From Escherichia coli (GTDB lineage Bacteria; Pseudomonadota; Gammaproteobacteria; Enterobacterales; Enterobacteriaceae): a stretch of 64,000 nucleotides of DNA. The DNA lies in the NCBI RefSeq assembly GCF_003334355.1, contig NZ_QOWP01000001.1, one strand, 5' to 3'. Below are positions 22,415 to 34,418 of the stretch, piece by piece (positions within the stretch are counted from its first letter, which is position 1; every line of letters begins with the position of its first letter). Below the pieces are notes generated by a model. The model did not search any database. It saw only the letters and a program-made list of their open reading frames with translations, and was not told the DNA's origin. Both the position numbers and the translations under genes were made by a program.

Positions 22415-24022
22415 TCAATGTGCCTTGATATACAACTCTTTGCTGTAGACATAATCCTGGGGATTATGCAGCGGAAAACCGCCAACGTAGGGTTTAAGCA
22501 GTTTGATTAACGGCTGATAGTAGATAGGAATCAGCGGTGCCTGTTGGTTGATGATCACTTCTGCCTGCTGATACAACGCATTACGCTTTGTCGCATCAGT
22601 GATCTGCGTGGCCTGGTTTAGTAAGGCGTCATACTGCGCATTTTTCCAGTGACCGACGTTTTCTTCACTATCGCTTTTGAGCGTGTTCAGGAAGCTGGAA
22701 GCATCATTGTACGTCGCATCCCACGACTGCCGAGACAGCATGAAATCACCGGCTCGTCGGGCATCAAGATAGGTTTTCCACTCCATTGTGCGCAGCGTCA
22801 CCTGTGCACCCAGCCATTTTTTCCATTCGGAAGACAACGCTATCGCGGTCTTTTCATGCAGATCGTACTTGTTGTAGAACAGCTCAAAGCGTAGCGGATG
22901 AGAGGCGTCGTATCCCGCCTGTTTCAGCAAGGCTTTTGCCATCGCGACGCGCTCACTCATTGGCTTTTGCAGTTCATCGAACGTCGTCGCGCTAAAGCCT
23001 TTTACCTCTGGCGGCGTCAGCGTGGTTGCGGGCGTTCTCAACCCCAGTACCTTTTGCGCAATAAGCTGTCGATCAACCGTAAGATATAGCGCCCGACGCA
23101 CTCGCACATCGTTAAATGGCGGTTTCTCAAGGTTGAAGTTGTAATATTCGCTGTTCAGACGCGGAATAATTCGTAGCTCGCCAGGCAGTGATTTTTCAAT
23201 GGCGGGAATTTGCTGCGCCGGAACCCAGGTGAGATCGACCTCTCCCGCGCGATAGCGGTTATAGCCGGTGACCGAATTATCTAGCGCCAGATACTCAACC
23301 TGTTGCAATACTGTATGTTGCGCATCGCGGTACTTTGGATTTTTGCGTGCAGTAATCTTTTCGTTAACTACCCACTGATCAAGCACAAAGGCACCGTTGT
23401 AAACCATGTTCTCTGGCTTACTCCAGCTATCGCCATGTTTAGCGATGACATGATGAGGAACCGGGAACAGCGTCGGCCAGGCGAGCATCGTCGTGAACCA
23501 AGGAACCGGCTGCTCAAGCGTAACTTCAAGAGTACGATCATCCGTCGCTTTGACACCCAGCGATGTAACATCTGCTTTACCCGCAACAATAGCTGCGGCA
23601 TTGTTAATGTGCGCCTGTGCCAGATAGCCAGCAAAAGGGCTTGCCGTTTTCGGGTCAACCGCGCGCTGCCAGCCGAGGACAAAATCCTCTGCCGTCAGAG
23701 GCTGACCGTCGGACCACTGCAAACCGCTACGCAGATGGAAAATATAGCGCTTGCCGCCGTCCAGTATCTCCCAGCGTTCAGCCTGAGCGGGCTGCACCTG
23801 GCCTTCACCGTCCATCCATACCAGACCTTCAAACAGATCCAGCACAATCTGCGCGGCAGTATTCTCCTCCACCTTTTGCGGGTCGAGCGTACCTGGGTCG
23901 CTATGATTGTTGTAACGAAAGACTTGTTGCGGGGCGAGCGGTGTGTTGGCGGGAACGTCAGCAGCGTAGAGAGGAGCCGCACTTACCAGGCTGACCAGCC
24001 ATAATAAATTTCGCGTATACAT
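22415..24022 (-). CDS. ygiS: Periplasmic solute-binding protein YgiS (peptide/oligopeptide ABC-type, family 5)
   Basis: ORF trimmed to the ATG giving 535 aa (MYTRNLLWLVSLVSAAPLYAADVP..., signal peptide). Confidence 0.9.
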   Translation of the reverse strand: MYTRNLLWLVSLVSAAPLYAADVPANTPLAPQQVFRYNNHSDPGTLDPQKVEENTAAQIVLDLFEGLVWMDGEGQVQPAQAERWEILDGGKRYIFHLRSGLQWSDGQPLTAEDFVLGWQRAVDPKTASPFAGYLAQAHINNAAAIVAGKADVTSLGVKATDDRTLEVTLEQPVPWFTTMLAWPTLFPVPHHVIAKHGDSWSKPENMVYNGAFVLDQWVVNEKITARKNPKYRDAQHTVLQQVEYLALDNSVTGYNRYRAGEVDLTWVPAQQIPAIEKSLPGELRIIPRLNSEYYNFNLEKPPFNDVRVRRALYLTVDRQLIAQKVLGLRTPATTLTPPEVKGFSATTFDELQKPMSERVAMAKALLKQAGYDASHPLRFELFYNKYDLHEKTAIALSSEWKKWLGAQVTLRTMEWKTYLDARRAGDFMLSRQSWDATYNDASSFLNTLKSDSEENVGHWKNAQYDALLNQATQITDATKRNALYQQAEVIINQQAPLIPIYYQPLIKLLKPYVGGFPLHNPQDYVYSKELYIKAH

Positions 24023-24154
24023 GGTATTCCTTACCGGAGAAATTATAAGCCCAACAACAATACGCCTGTGGCATTGTTCGCTCAAACTTATCGCGAGTGA
24101 TTTGGCTCACACTCCGGTAAAGAAAAAAGCGAGTTGCCCCCGCTTTTCCATTAA

Positions 24155-24550
24155 TTAACGGATTTCATTCAATAGTTCTGGATGCTTATCCAGAACACGT
24201 AAAAGTTTGATTGTGGAAGGATGAGGTTGGGCATTGCCTTTTTCGTAACGCGAAAACGCATTTACACCTCCCCCAAAAATTTCGCTTGCCTCTTTTTGGG
24301 TAAGAGAGAGCTTTTTTCGAACCTTCACTATAAATTCAGGTGCCACTGTTTCGGCATTCACCGAAGCCCGAAATGCCTTTACTTGCGCCATGAAAGCATC
24401 TGACTCTTCTTTATTCATGATGCTCTCTTCGCAATGGACACAATATAAACCGTGGATACCTTTCAATACTGTTTTTCGTCCACGGAAGGTGTATGGAATA
24501 TCTTTAATGCCAGAAACCATTTCTCCCTGGTGGCAAACCGGACATTTCAT
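24155..24550 (-). CDS. mqsA: Antitoxin MqsA (zinc-ribbon plus HTH-XRE)
   Basis: 131-aa ORF MKCPVCHQGEMVSGIKDIPYTFRGRKTVLKGIHGLYCVHCEES... (CxxC...CxxC zinc ribbon); 1-nt gap after mqsR. Confidence 0.95.
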   Translation of the reverse strand: MKCPVCHQGEMVSGIKDIPYTFRGRKTVLKGIHGLYCVHCEESIMNKEESDAFMAQVKAFRASVNAETVAPEFIVKVRKKLSLTQKEASEIFGGGVNAFSRYEKGNAQPHPSTIKLLRVLDKHPELLNEIR

Positions 24551-24551
24551 A

Positions 24552-24848
24552 TTACTTCTCCTTAAACGAGACGATCAGTACGTCATGAATTACCGTAATT
24601 TTAAGATAAACCTGGCCTGTAACAAGCCTGGGTCTGTAAACATCCTGCCAGATAGTATGATCAGAGTAGGTGGTCATGCTTTTATAAAAGTCGCTCTCTG
24701 ATAATCCAATGATAACATTACACATACCATCAAAATCCAAACCTAACTCATCTGCATTTAACAGGGCACTACGTGTTGTACGAACTTGCCCGGCATTGAC
24801 AAGTTTTTTAACCTGACTCAAACGTGTATATGGTGTGCGTTTTTCCAT
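24552..24848 (-). CDS. mqsR: mRNA interferase toxin MqsR (RelE-like)
   Basis: 98-aa ORF MEKRTPYTRLSQVKKLVNAGQVRTTRSALLNADELGLDFDGM...; toxin gene precedes antitoxin, the reversed order typical of mqsRA. Confidence 0.95.
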   Translation of the reverse strand: MEKRTPYTRLSQVKKLVNAGQVRTTRSALLNADELGLDFDGMCNVIIGLSESDFYKSMTTYSDHTIWQDVYRPRLVTGQVYLKITVIHDVLIVSFKEK

Positions 24849-24878
24849 AACCCCCGCCTCCCTGTTACTTTAGTTATA

Positions 24879-24921
24879 ACCTAAAAGGTTAATTACAGCA
24901 ATGAAAAAGCACCTAAAAGGT
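24879..24921. promoter_or_regulatory. Two MqsA operator palindromes in the mqsRA promoter
   Basis: ACCTAAAAGGT occurs twice (24879..24889 and 24911..24921), fitting the MqsA operator form ACCT-N3-AGGT, about 31 and 63 bp upstream of the mqsR start. Confidence 0.75.
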
Positions 24922-25052
24922 TAGTTAGATGTACGGAGATAGTGACCACACAAAACGTATTCTTTAAGGAAAGTGATTGACCATATAAGAAAGTGGCGCA
25001 TTAGTAGCGCCAGTTTGAAGCAGGAATTTATAAGGGAAGCTGGAGTCAGGCA

Positions 25053-25535
25053 TCACGCCAACGGCACATAAACATCCGTTTCCAGTCGCTGCTCTGTCAC
25101 CCCTTCGGCAAGATTGGTGTAGTGAAACAGAATCGGTGCTTTACGCATTTTCTCGCCGCTTGCAGGCAGCCAGTGGCGAATGATGCCCCATACCGTGTGT
25201 GAAATATCGTCCAGCTCGCCAACGTGGCGGGCCACGGCATAACGTCCACCGGTAAGTTCACCATTGCTCACACCATAACGATTATCGGGAATCGGTTCGC
25301 TAACGCTGCCGCAGATATCAAAGCGAAACGCTTCCGGTGCGGTGGTGGCAGGGTCGTCCCAGGCGACGCCAAAAGTCTGGCTTTGGTTAACAGGAGAAAG
25401 CCCCGTCTCTTTACGCCACATGATAAATTTCGCCACGCTGTAGTTGAGCAATTCAGGGCTACAGCGGTGCGGCAACATCGCCACAGGTATTGATGGGAAA
25501 TCGATAATGTTTACATCCAGTGTCAGGTTTGTCAT
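25053..25535 (-). CDS. ygiV: GyrI-like effector-binding domain protein YgiV
   Basis: 160-aa ORF MTNLTLDVNIIDFPSIPVAMLPHRCSPELLNY...; matches remembered YgiV. Confidence 0.85.
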   Translation of the reverse strand: MTNLTLDVNIIDFPSIPVAMLPHRCSPELLNYSVAKFIMWRKETGLSPVNQSQTFGVAWDDPATTAPEAFRFDICGSVSEPIPDNRYGVSNGELTGGRYAVARHVGELDDISHTVWGIIRHWLPASGEKMRKAPILFHYTNLAEGVTEQRLETDVYVPLA

Positions 25536-25587
25536 TTTGCCTCCCTGCGAAATTATTCCCGGGAACGCGTCCCGGGAGCGGTAACAA

Positions 25588-25980
25588 TTACGGATTTACT
25601 TTGCGGATCTGTTTGACGTCAATTTCAACAGAATTCCAGTCTTTATCGACTTCACCCTGAATCTCAACCGTATCTTTCGGCGTCACCGTCACGCCGTTCC
25701 AGCGTTTGTGGTCGATATCAACATTGATAGTACCGCTGGCATCTTTGAACACGTAGAGATCGTCAGAGATGCGTTCAACGATATTGCCGCGCAGGGTTAC
25801 CCAGGTGTCGTCACGCAGGGATTTTGCGCTTTCTACAGTCGTTACGCTGCCGTTCGGCCCCTGGAATCCTCCGGCCTGACTTTGCGTTGCCGATGGGCCA
25901 GAAAAACCGCCCTGCTCTGCTGCCATCACCGGTGCGCTGCACAGGGCCATTACTGCGATTACTGCTGCGAATTTTTTCAT
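25588..25980 (-). CDS. ygiW: Periplasmic OB-fold (BOF family) stress protein YgiW/VisP
   Basis: ORF trimmed to the ATG giving 130 aa (MKKFAAVIAVMALCSAPVMA signal peptide); divergent from qseBC. Confidence 0.85.
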   Translation of the reverse strand: MKKFAAVIAVMALCSAPVMAAEQGGFSGPSATQSQAGGFQGPNGSVTTVESAKSLRDDTWVTLRGNIVERISDDLYVFKDASGTINVDIDHKRWNGVTVTPKDTVEIQGEVDKDWNSVEIDVKQIRKVNP

Positions 25981-26131
25981 GTTTATTACTCCCTTTAATG
26001 TCTGTTTCCGAGCATTTAACAAGATAGTCCTTAACAACTTCTTAAGGGAAAAAAATAAAATTTAGTGCTGTACAGAGCGCGTTACAACACGGTTTACTGG
26101 CAGCAAATACGGTTATCGCAGGGATGAAAAA

Positions 26132-26791
26132 ATGCGAATTTTACTGATAGAAGATGACATGCTGATTGGCGACGGCATCAAAACGGGCCTTAGTAAAATG
26201 GGTTTTAGCGTCGACTGGTTTACACAAGGTCGTCAGGGAAAAGAGGCGCTTTATAGCGCACCTTATGATGCGGTGATCCTGGATTTAACCTTACCAGGCA
26301 TGGATGGTCGCGATATTTTGCGCGAATGGCGAGAAAAAGGTCAGCGTGAGCCGGTGCTGATCCTGACCGCGCGCGATGCGCTGGCGGAACGTGTAGAAGG
26401 GCTGCGTCTGGGAGCTGACGATTATCTGTGTAAACCTTTTGCGTTGATAGAAGTCGCCGCCAGGCTGGAAGCTCTGATGCGCCGAACCAACGGCCAGGCC
26501 AGCAACGAGCTGCGCCACGGTAACGTCATGCTCGACCCCGGCAAACGTATCGCCACGCTGGCTGGCGAACCCTTAACACTGAAACCAAAAGAATTTGCCC
26601 TGCTGGAATTACTGATGCGTAACGCTGGTCGGGTACTGCCGCGCAAACTGATTGAAGAGAAACTGTATACCTGGGACGAAGAGGTCACCAGTAATGCCGT
26701 TGAAGTGCATGTGCATCATCTGCGACGCAAACTCGGTAGTGATTTTATTCGTACCGTGCATGGTATTGGCTACACATTAGGTGAGAAATGA
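26132..26791 (+). CDS. qseB: Two-component response regulator QseB (OmpR family)
   Basis: 219-aa [23 protein letters not shown]... with receiver-domain aspartate context; stop overlaps the qseC start (ATGA). Confidence 0.95.
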   Translation: MRILLIEDDMLIGDGIKTGLSKMGFSVDWFTQGRQGKEALYSAPYDAVILDLTLPGMDGRDILREWREKGQREPVLILTARDALAERVEGLRLGADDYLCKPFALIEVAARLEALMRRTNGQASNELRHGNVMLDPGKRIATLAGEPLTLKPKEFALLELLMRNAGRVLPRKLIEEKLYTWDEEVTSNAVEVHVHHLRRKLGSDFIRTVHGIGYTLGEK

Positions 26792-28137
26792 AATTTACCC
26801 AACGTCTTAGTCTGCGCGTCAGGCTGACGCTAATCTTTTTAATTCTGGCCTCGGTGACCTGGCTGCTTTCCAGCTTTGTCGCCTGGAAACAAACAACGGA
26901 TAACGTCGATGAATTGTTCGACACCCAACTGATGCTGTTTGCCAAGCGGTTAAGTACGCTCGATCTCAACGAAATCAACGCGGCGGATCGCATGGCACAG
27001 ACGCCAAATAGATTAAAACACGGTCATGTTGATGACGATGCGCTGACCTTTGCCATCTTTACCCACGACGGCAGAATGGTCCTTAATGATGGCGATAACG
27101 GAGAAGATATTCCCTATAGCTATCAACGGGAAGGTTTTGCTGACGGGCAACTGGTCGGTGAAGACGATCCTTGGCGTTTTGTCTGGATGACCTCACCTGA
27201 TGGCAAATATCGCATCGTTGTTGGCCAGGAATGGGAATACCGTGAAGACATGGCGCTGGCGATTGTTGCCGGGCAATTGATCCCGTGGCTGGTCGCACTG
27301 CCGATTATGTTAATCATCATGATGGTACTACTGGGTCGTGAACTCGCGCCGCTGAACAAACTGGCGCTGGCACTACGTATGCGTGACCCTGACTCGGAAA
27401 AACCACTAAACGCGACTGGCGTACCCAGCGAAGTGCGGCCACTGGTTGAGTCGCTAAATCAACTGTTCGCCCGCACACATGCGATGATGGTTCGTGAACG
27501 ACGCTTTACCTCCGACGCAGCTCACGAACTTCGTAGCCCGTTAACGGCGCTGAAAGTGCAAACCGAAGTTGCGCAGCTCTCTGACGATGATCCGCAGGCG
27601 CGGAAAAAAGCACTGCTCCAATTACATTCCGGGATCGATCGCGCTACTCGTCTGGTTGATCAACTGCTCACGCTATCGCGGCTGGACTCACTGGATAACC
27701 TTCAGGACGTCGCGGAGATCCCGCTTGAAGATCTCCTGCAATCGTCGGTGATGGATATTTACCACACGGCGCAGCAGGCGAAAATTGACGTGCGACTGAC
27801 ACTCAATGCCCACAGCATCAAACGCACCGGGCAACCGCTATTGCTAAGTTTGTTGGTGCGAAATTTGCTGGATAACGCCGTGCGCTACAGTCCACAGGGC
27901 AGCGTGGTAGACGTCACGCTGAATGCTGATAATTTCATCGTGAGGGATAACGGCCCCGGTGTGACACCAGAGGCACTGGCGCGAATTGGCGAACGCTTCT
28001 ATCGCCCACCCGGACAAACCGCTACCGGCAGCGGGCTTGGGCTATCGATTGTCCAGCGAATCGCCAAATTGCATGGCATGAATGTTGAATTTGGGAATGC
28101 GGAACAAGGTGGATTTGAGGCGAAGGTAAGCTGGTAA
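26788..28137 (+). CDS. qseC: Sensor histidine kinase QseC
   Basis: 449-aa ORF; two transmembrane segments; H-box AAHELRSPL; 4-bp overlap with qseB. Confidence 0.95.
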   Translation: MKFTQRLSLRVRLTLIFLILASVTWLLSSFVAWKQTTDNVDELFDTQLMLFAKRLSTLDLNEINAADRMAQTPNRLKHGHVDDDALTFAIFTHDGRMVLNDGDNGEDIPYSYQREGFADGQLVGEDDPWRFVWMTSPDGKYRIVVGQEWEYREDMALAIVAGQLIPWLVALPIMLIIMMVLLGRELAPLNKLALALRMRDPDSEKPLNATGVPSEVRPLVESLNQLFARTHAMMVRERRFTSDAAHELRSPLTALKVQTEVAQLSDDDPQARKKALLQLHSGIDRATRLVDQLLTLSRLDSLDNLQDVAEIPLEDLLQSSVMDIYHTAQQAKIDVRLTLNAHSIKRTGQPLLLSLLVRNLLDNAVRYSPQGSVVDVTLNADNFIVRDNGPGVTPEALARIGERFYRPPGQTATGSGLGLSIVQRIAKLHGMNVEFGNAEQGGFEAKVSW

Positions 28138-28145
28138 CTTCTCTG

Positions 28146-28181
28146 TCTATGAGAGCCGTTAAAACGACTCTCATAGATTTT
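28146..28181 (+). terminator. Intrinsic terminator after qseC
   Basis: Stem TCTATGAGAG / CTCTCATAGA with a 12-nt loop followed by TTTT, in the 45-bp gap between convergent qseC and ygiZ. Confidence 0.6.
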
Positions 28182-28182
28182 A

Positions 28183-28515
28183 CTAATAGCAAAATATAAA
28201 CCGTCCCCAAAAAAGCCACCAACCACAAACCAGACAAATACCGAGCGAGAATACATATACCCAAAACTCGAACATTTCCCGCATAAAGAGTTTTCTTAAG
28301 ATAAGAATAATAAGTGGCGTAAGAAGAAAAAATGCTGCAATCATTGCTTGCAATATACGATCTTCGCCTGAAACGGAAGGTATACTGCAAATATTTCCTC
28401 CCGACTCAAGCATCCAGTCATACTTATTGAAAGCAAAAAAAGAATCTATTAACCAATAAGTAAGCATTATATATAGCAATGCTTCAAATATTGTTTTAAT
28501 TTTCTGCTTTAACAT
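28183..28515 (-). CDS. ygiZ: Small inner membrane protein YgiZ
   Basis: 110-aa ORF MLKQKIKTIFEALLYIMLTYWLIDSFFAF...; very hydrophobic; gene visibly AT-rich. Confidence 0.8.
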   Translation of the reverse strand: MLKQKIKTIFEALLYIMLTYWLIDSFFAFNKYDWMLESGGNICSIPSVSGEDRILQAMIAAFFLLTPLIILILRKLFMREMFEFWVYVFSLGICLVCGWWLFWGRFIFCY

Positions 28516-28833
28516 ATATCAGTACGCTCATAAAAATCCATTTATAATTATCAACATGACACGTTGATACTTTCATCTTTTACTTATTCAAAGCCATATT
28601 TTCAATCCCCAAAAAAACCGAACCAAACGTGTAAATTATTCCGGTGCGAGTAAGAATTATGAGGAATGGCTATCAGTATTGTCATTTTCAGAAAATATTT
28701 ATCCTGCATCGGTGAGTCAGAGCTAGATCAGACTTTTGCTAAATTCGCAAAAGACTTTGCACATTTTGCTAATTTCACCGTACCGCTCTGTGACGTACTA
28801 TAGTCGGCAAACGTCTCACTTTGAGGTTAAAAA

Positions 28834-29415
28834 ATGAGCAACACCCTGATTATCAACGGCGCGAAAAAATTCGCCCACTCCAATGGTCAACTGAACGACA
28901 CCCTGACCGAAGTCGCGGATGGCACACTGCGCGACCTCGGGCATGATGTTCGCATCGTTCGCGCCGACAGCGACTACGATGTCAAAGCGGAAGTACAAAA
29001 CTTTCTCTGGGCTGATGTGGTGATCTGGCAGATGCCAGGCTGGTGGATGGGCGCGCCGTGGACAGTGAAAAAATACATTGATGATGTATTCACCGAAGGT
29101 CACGGGACGCTGTATGCCAGCGATGGTCGTACCCGCAAAGATCCGTCGAAAAAATACGGTTCCGGCGGCCTGGTACAGGGCAAAAAATATATGCTTTCTC
29201 TGACCTGGAACGCACCAATGGAAGCCTTCACCGAAAAAGATCAGTTCTTCCACGGCGTTGGCGTTGACGGTGTGTATCTGCCGTTCCATAAAGCAAACCA
29301 ATTCCTCGGTATGGAACCGCTGCCGACATTTATCGCTAATGACGTGATAAAAATGCCTGATGTTCCCCGCTATACTGAAGAATATCGCAAGCATCTTGTG
29401 GAAATTTTTGGTTAA
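28834..29415 (+). CDS. mdaB: NADPH:quinone oxidoreductase MdaB
   Basis: 193-aa ORF MSNTLIINGAKKFAHSNGQLNDTLTEVADGTL...; matches remembered MdaB. Confidence 0.95.
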   Translation: MSNTLIINGAKKFAHSNGQLNDTLTEVADGTLRDLGHDVRIVRADSDYDVKAEVQNFLWADVVIWQMPGWWMGAPWTVKKYIDDVFTEGHGTLYASDGRTRKDPSKKYGSGGLVQGKKYMLSLTWNAPMEAFTEKDQFFHGVGVDGVYLPFHKANQFLGMEPLPTFIANDVIKMPDVPRYTEEYRKHLVEIFG

Positions 29416-29445
29416 CTAGAGCTCAGGCTTTAGAAGGAGTTAACC

Positions 29446-29760
29446 ATGCTTACCGTAATCGCAGAAATCCGTACTCGTCCTGGTCAACATCACCGTCAGG
29501 CGGTATTGGATCAGTTTGCTAAAATCGTTCCAACCGTACTGAAAGAAGAAGGTTGCCACGGCTATGCGCCAATGGTGGATTGCGCTGCTGGCGTGAGTTT
29601 CCAGTCTATGGCACCGGATTCTATCGTGATGATTGAGCAGTGGGAAAGCATCGCGCACCTTGAAGCGCATCTGCAAACCCCGCACATGAAGGCGTATAGC
29701 GAAGCCGTAAAAGGCGACGTGCTGGAGATGAATATCCGTATTCTGCAGCCAGGGATTTAA
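29446..29760 (+). CDS. ygiN: Quinol monooxygenase YgiN (ABM domain)
   Basis: 104-aa ORF MLTVIAEIRTRPGQHHRQAVLDQFAKIVPTVLKEEGCHGY...; AGGAG Shine-Dalgarno upstream. Confidence 0.9.
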   Translation: MLTVIAEIRTRPGQHHRQAVLDQFAKIVPTVLKEEGCHGYAPMVDCAAGVSFQSMAPDSIVMIEQWESIAHLEAHLQTPHMKAYSEAVKGDVLEMNIRILQPGI

Positions 29761-29807
29761 TCCTGCCTTGTTTGCCCGGCCATCCTGACCGGGCAATGTT
29801 CTTTCCT

Positions 29808-31703
<1,896 letters not shown>

Positions 31704-31728
31704 TTAAGTTAGCAATTCGAGTTGATCG

Positions 31729-32310
31729 TCAGAGATGGTGCAGACCAAGAAAATCGACGATCGGGTTGAAATAATCTTCGAAGCCCGTGAATGCGTGGTT
31801 GCCGCCTTCTATGACAGTCTGGCGGCAGGAAGCGTAGTACGCCACCGCCTGGCGGTAATCCAGCACTTCATCTCCCGTCTGTTGCAGCAGCCAGATCAAA
31901 TCCGGCGCTTCCAGCGGGTCAATCTGCATGACTTTGAGATCGTAAATATGGCGTGACTCTAGCACATATTGCTGCCCGGTGTAGGGGTTCTCGTTCTGAC
32001 CGAGATAGTCCGTCAGCAGTTCAAACGGGCGCACCGCCGGGTTTACCACCACTGCGGGCAGCATAAAACATTGTGACAACCAGGTGGCGTAATATCCCCC
32101 CAGTGACGAACCGACAATACCCAGCGAATCGCCGCCATGTTCCAGGACAATGGATTCCAGCAGCTCTGCCGCGTCGGAAGGATACGGCGGCAACTGCGGA
32201 ATGATCATCTCAACGTCAGGGTGATGTTCCGCCAGCCAGTTTTTTAACAAGCTCGCTTTTGCAGAGCGCGGCGAGCTGTTGAAACCGTGTAAATAAAGAA
32301 GCGTAGACAT
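31729..32310 (-). CDS. yqiA: Esterase YqiA (alpha/beta hydrolase)
   Basis: 193-aa [22 protein letters not shown]...; GxSxG serine motif (GSSLGG); start overlaps the cpdA stop by 1 nt. Confidence 0.9.
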   Translation of the reverse strand: MSTLLYLHGFNSSPRSAKASLLKNWLAEHHPDVEMIIPQLPPYPSDAAELLESIVLEHGGDSLGIVGSSLGGYYATWLSQCFMLPAVVVNPAVRPFELLTDYLGQNENPYTGQQYVLESRHIYDLKVMQIDPLEAPDLIWLLQQTGDEVLDYRQAVAYYASCRQTVIEGGNHAFTGFEDYFNPIVDFLGLHHL

Positions 32311-33137
32311 CAGTAGCCTTCTGAAGCGGTATCAGGTTGGAAACGTGTGTCCGCCAGGCGATGCACCTCGGTGGTCAGCGTGCCATCAGCATGTAACTCG
32401 AGAGTACGCCAGCCGGGCGCGATGGTGTCCAGCGTAAAGTTGGAACAGTGCGGCTTAAACTGCACACAGGTCGACGGCGTTGCCAGCAGGCGGCGACCGT
32501 TCCAGTCGAGATCCAGCTCCTGATGAATATGACCGCACAGCAAGTATTTGACGTGCGGAAACTTCGCCAGCACGGTATCCAGTTCGCCCGCGTTACGCAG
32601 ACTGTGTTGATCGAGCCAACTACAACCCGCAGGTAGCGGATGATGATGCAGCAGCAGCAACGTATGGCGTTCTGGCGCATCGGCCAGTTTACGTTCCAGC
32701 CACTCAAGCTGAAACTCGCTCAGCTCACCGTGCGGCACGCCAAACACCTGGCTATCCAGCAACAGGATTTGCCATTGCTCACCAATAAACACGCGCTTCG
32801 CCGGGGAGATACCCGCATCCTGTAACGCGCTGTACATCGCGGGCTGGAAATCGTGGTTGCCAGGCAGCCAGACGCAGGGCGCACGAAAACTTGCGATGCC
32901 TTCAGCGAAATGCTGATAGGCCGCAGAGGATTGATCCTGCGCTAAATCACCTGTCGCGACAATCAGGTCGAATTCGTGCTGGTGTGGACGAATCGCCTCC
33001 AGCACCGCCTGGTAGCTTTCCCAGGTGTTTACCCCTAACAGGGCTTCGTGCTTTTGTGCAAACAGGTGAGTATCGGTAATTTGTAAAATCCTGACTCTGG
33101 CCTCACCAGCCAGAGGAAGGGTTAACAGGCTTTCCAA
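32310..33137 (-). CDS. cpdA: 3',5'-cyclic-AMP phosphodiesterase CpdA (calcineurin-like metallophosphoesterase)
   Basis: 275-aa ORF; metallophosphoesterase motifs DTH, GDL, GNHD, GHIH visible. Confidence 0.93.
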   Translation of the reverse strand: MESLLTLPLAGEARVRILQITDTHLFAQKHEALLGVNTWESYQAVLEAIRPHQHEFDLIVATGDLAQDQSSAAYQHFAEGIASFRAPCVWLPGNHDFQPAMYSALQDAGISPAKRVFIGEQWQILLLDSQVFGVPHGELSEFQLEWLERKLADAPERHTLLLLHHHPLPAGCSWLDQHSLRNAGELDTVLAKFPHVKYLLCGHIHQELDLDWNGRRLLATPSTCVQFKPHCSNFTLDTIAPGWRTLELHADGTLTTEVHRLADTRFQPDTASEGY

Positions 33138-33161
33138 ATGGTGTCCTTAGGTTTCACGACG

Positions 33162-33584
33162 CTAGTAAACCGGAATCGCCATCGCTCCATGTGCTAAACA
33201 GTATCGCAACCAGTCCGCTAAAAACTGGTTAATTTGATGCTTTTCGTCGCGTTGATGCAACTTTTTATTAGGATAATCATACCGCGCTTTGAAGCGAAAA
33301 ATCTGCTGGCTTGAACACACTTCAGCCACCATCGCGTCATGATACAGACGCACCGTCATTGACGGAAGGCTCCAGTAACTGATCGCGGGCGCAGTCTGTT
33401 CTATTGTCACCAGGGTAGTGTATCGGGTCGATTCCACAATCGTCAGCCGATATTGTGCGTTTGCCACCTGATAGCTTACAGTTTCGCCGGGTGCGTCATT
33501 GCGCGGTAACAAACGGCGCAATTGTGAAAAGTTCATCTCGCACAGGCGCATCATTTCAGGAAAGTCAGGTGTGTAACGCTTCAT
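33162..33584 (-). CDS. yqiB: DUF1249 family protein YqiB
   Basis: 140-aa [30 protein letters not shown]...; abuts the nudF stop. Confidence 0.85.
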
Positions 33585-34214
33585 TTATGCCCACTCATTT
33601 TTTAACGCTTGATGATGCAGCTGCAGCCATTGCAAAGCGATGACCGACGCTGCGTTGTCGATTTTCCCCTCTTCTACCCACTGGTATGCCTGTTCCCGGC
33701 TTACCACATGAACGCGAATATCTTCGTTTTCATCAGCCAGACCATGAATACCGCTTGCGGTCGTGGCGTCCACTTCGCCCACCATAATTGACGAACGCTC
33801 ACTGGTGCCTCCCGGGCTTGCCAGGAAACTTAACACCGGTTTGGTCCGTTTGACTATCAGTCCCGCCTCTTCAATCGCTTCGCGACGGGCAACATCTTCC
33901 ACACTTTCACCCTCTTCAATCATCCCGGCAACCATCTCCAGTAGCCAGGGGGTTTCACTGGTGTCGTATGCGGCAATCCGAATCTGCTCAATCAGCACAA
34001 CTTCATCACGCACTGGGTCAAAGGGTAGCAAGACTGCGGCGTGACCGCGCTCAAAAATTTCCCGCCGTACCTCATGACTCATTTGCCCGTTGAATAAACG
34101 ATGACGAAATCTATAAAGATCTAATGAAAAAAAGCCGCGATAAAGTGTTTCTCGTGCAATAATTTCTACATCGTTTTTGCCAAATGTAACGGGCAGGCTG
34201 TCTGGCTTAAGCAT
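33585..34214 (-). CDS. nudF: ADP-ribose pyrophosphatase NudF (Nudix)
   Basis: 209-aa ORF; Nudix-box region (...[19 protein letters not shown]...). Confidence 0.93.
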
Positions 34215-34315
34215 TGTTAATGTCCTGGCACTAATAGTGAATTAAATGTGAATTTCAGCGACGTTTGACTGCCGTTTGAGCAGTCATGTGTTAAATTGAG
34301 GCACATTAACGCCCT

Positions 34316-34336
34316 ATGGCACGTAACGCCAACCTT
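34316..34336 (+). promoter_or_regulatory. Candidate MarA/SoxS/Rob box upstream of tolC
   Basis: ATGGCACGTAACGCCAACCTT fits the marbox pattern AYnGCACnnWnnRYYAAAY reasonably; tolC is a known mar/sox/rob regulon member (established knowledge). Confidence 0.45.
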
Positions 34337-34418
34337 TTGCGGTAGCGGCTTCTGCTAGAATCCGCAATAATTTTACAGTTTGATCGCGCTAAATACTGCT
34401 TCACCACAAGGAATGCAA

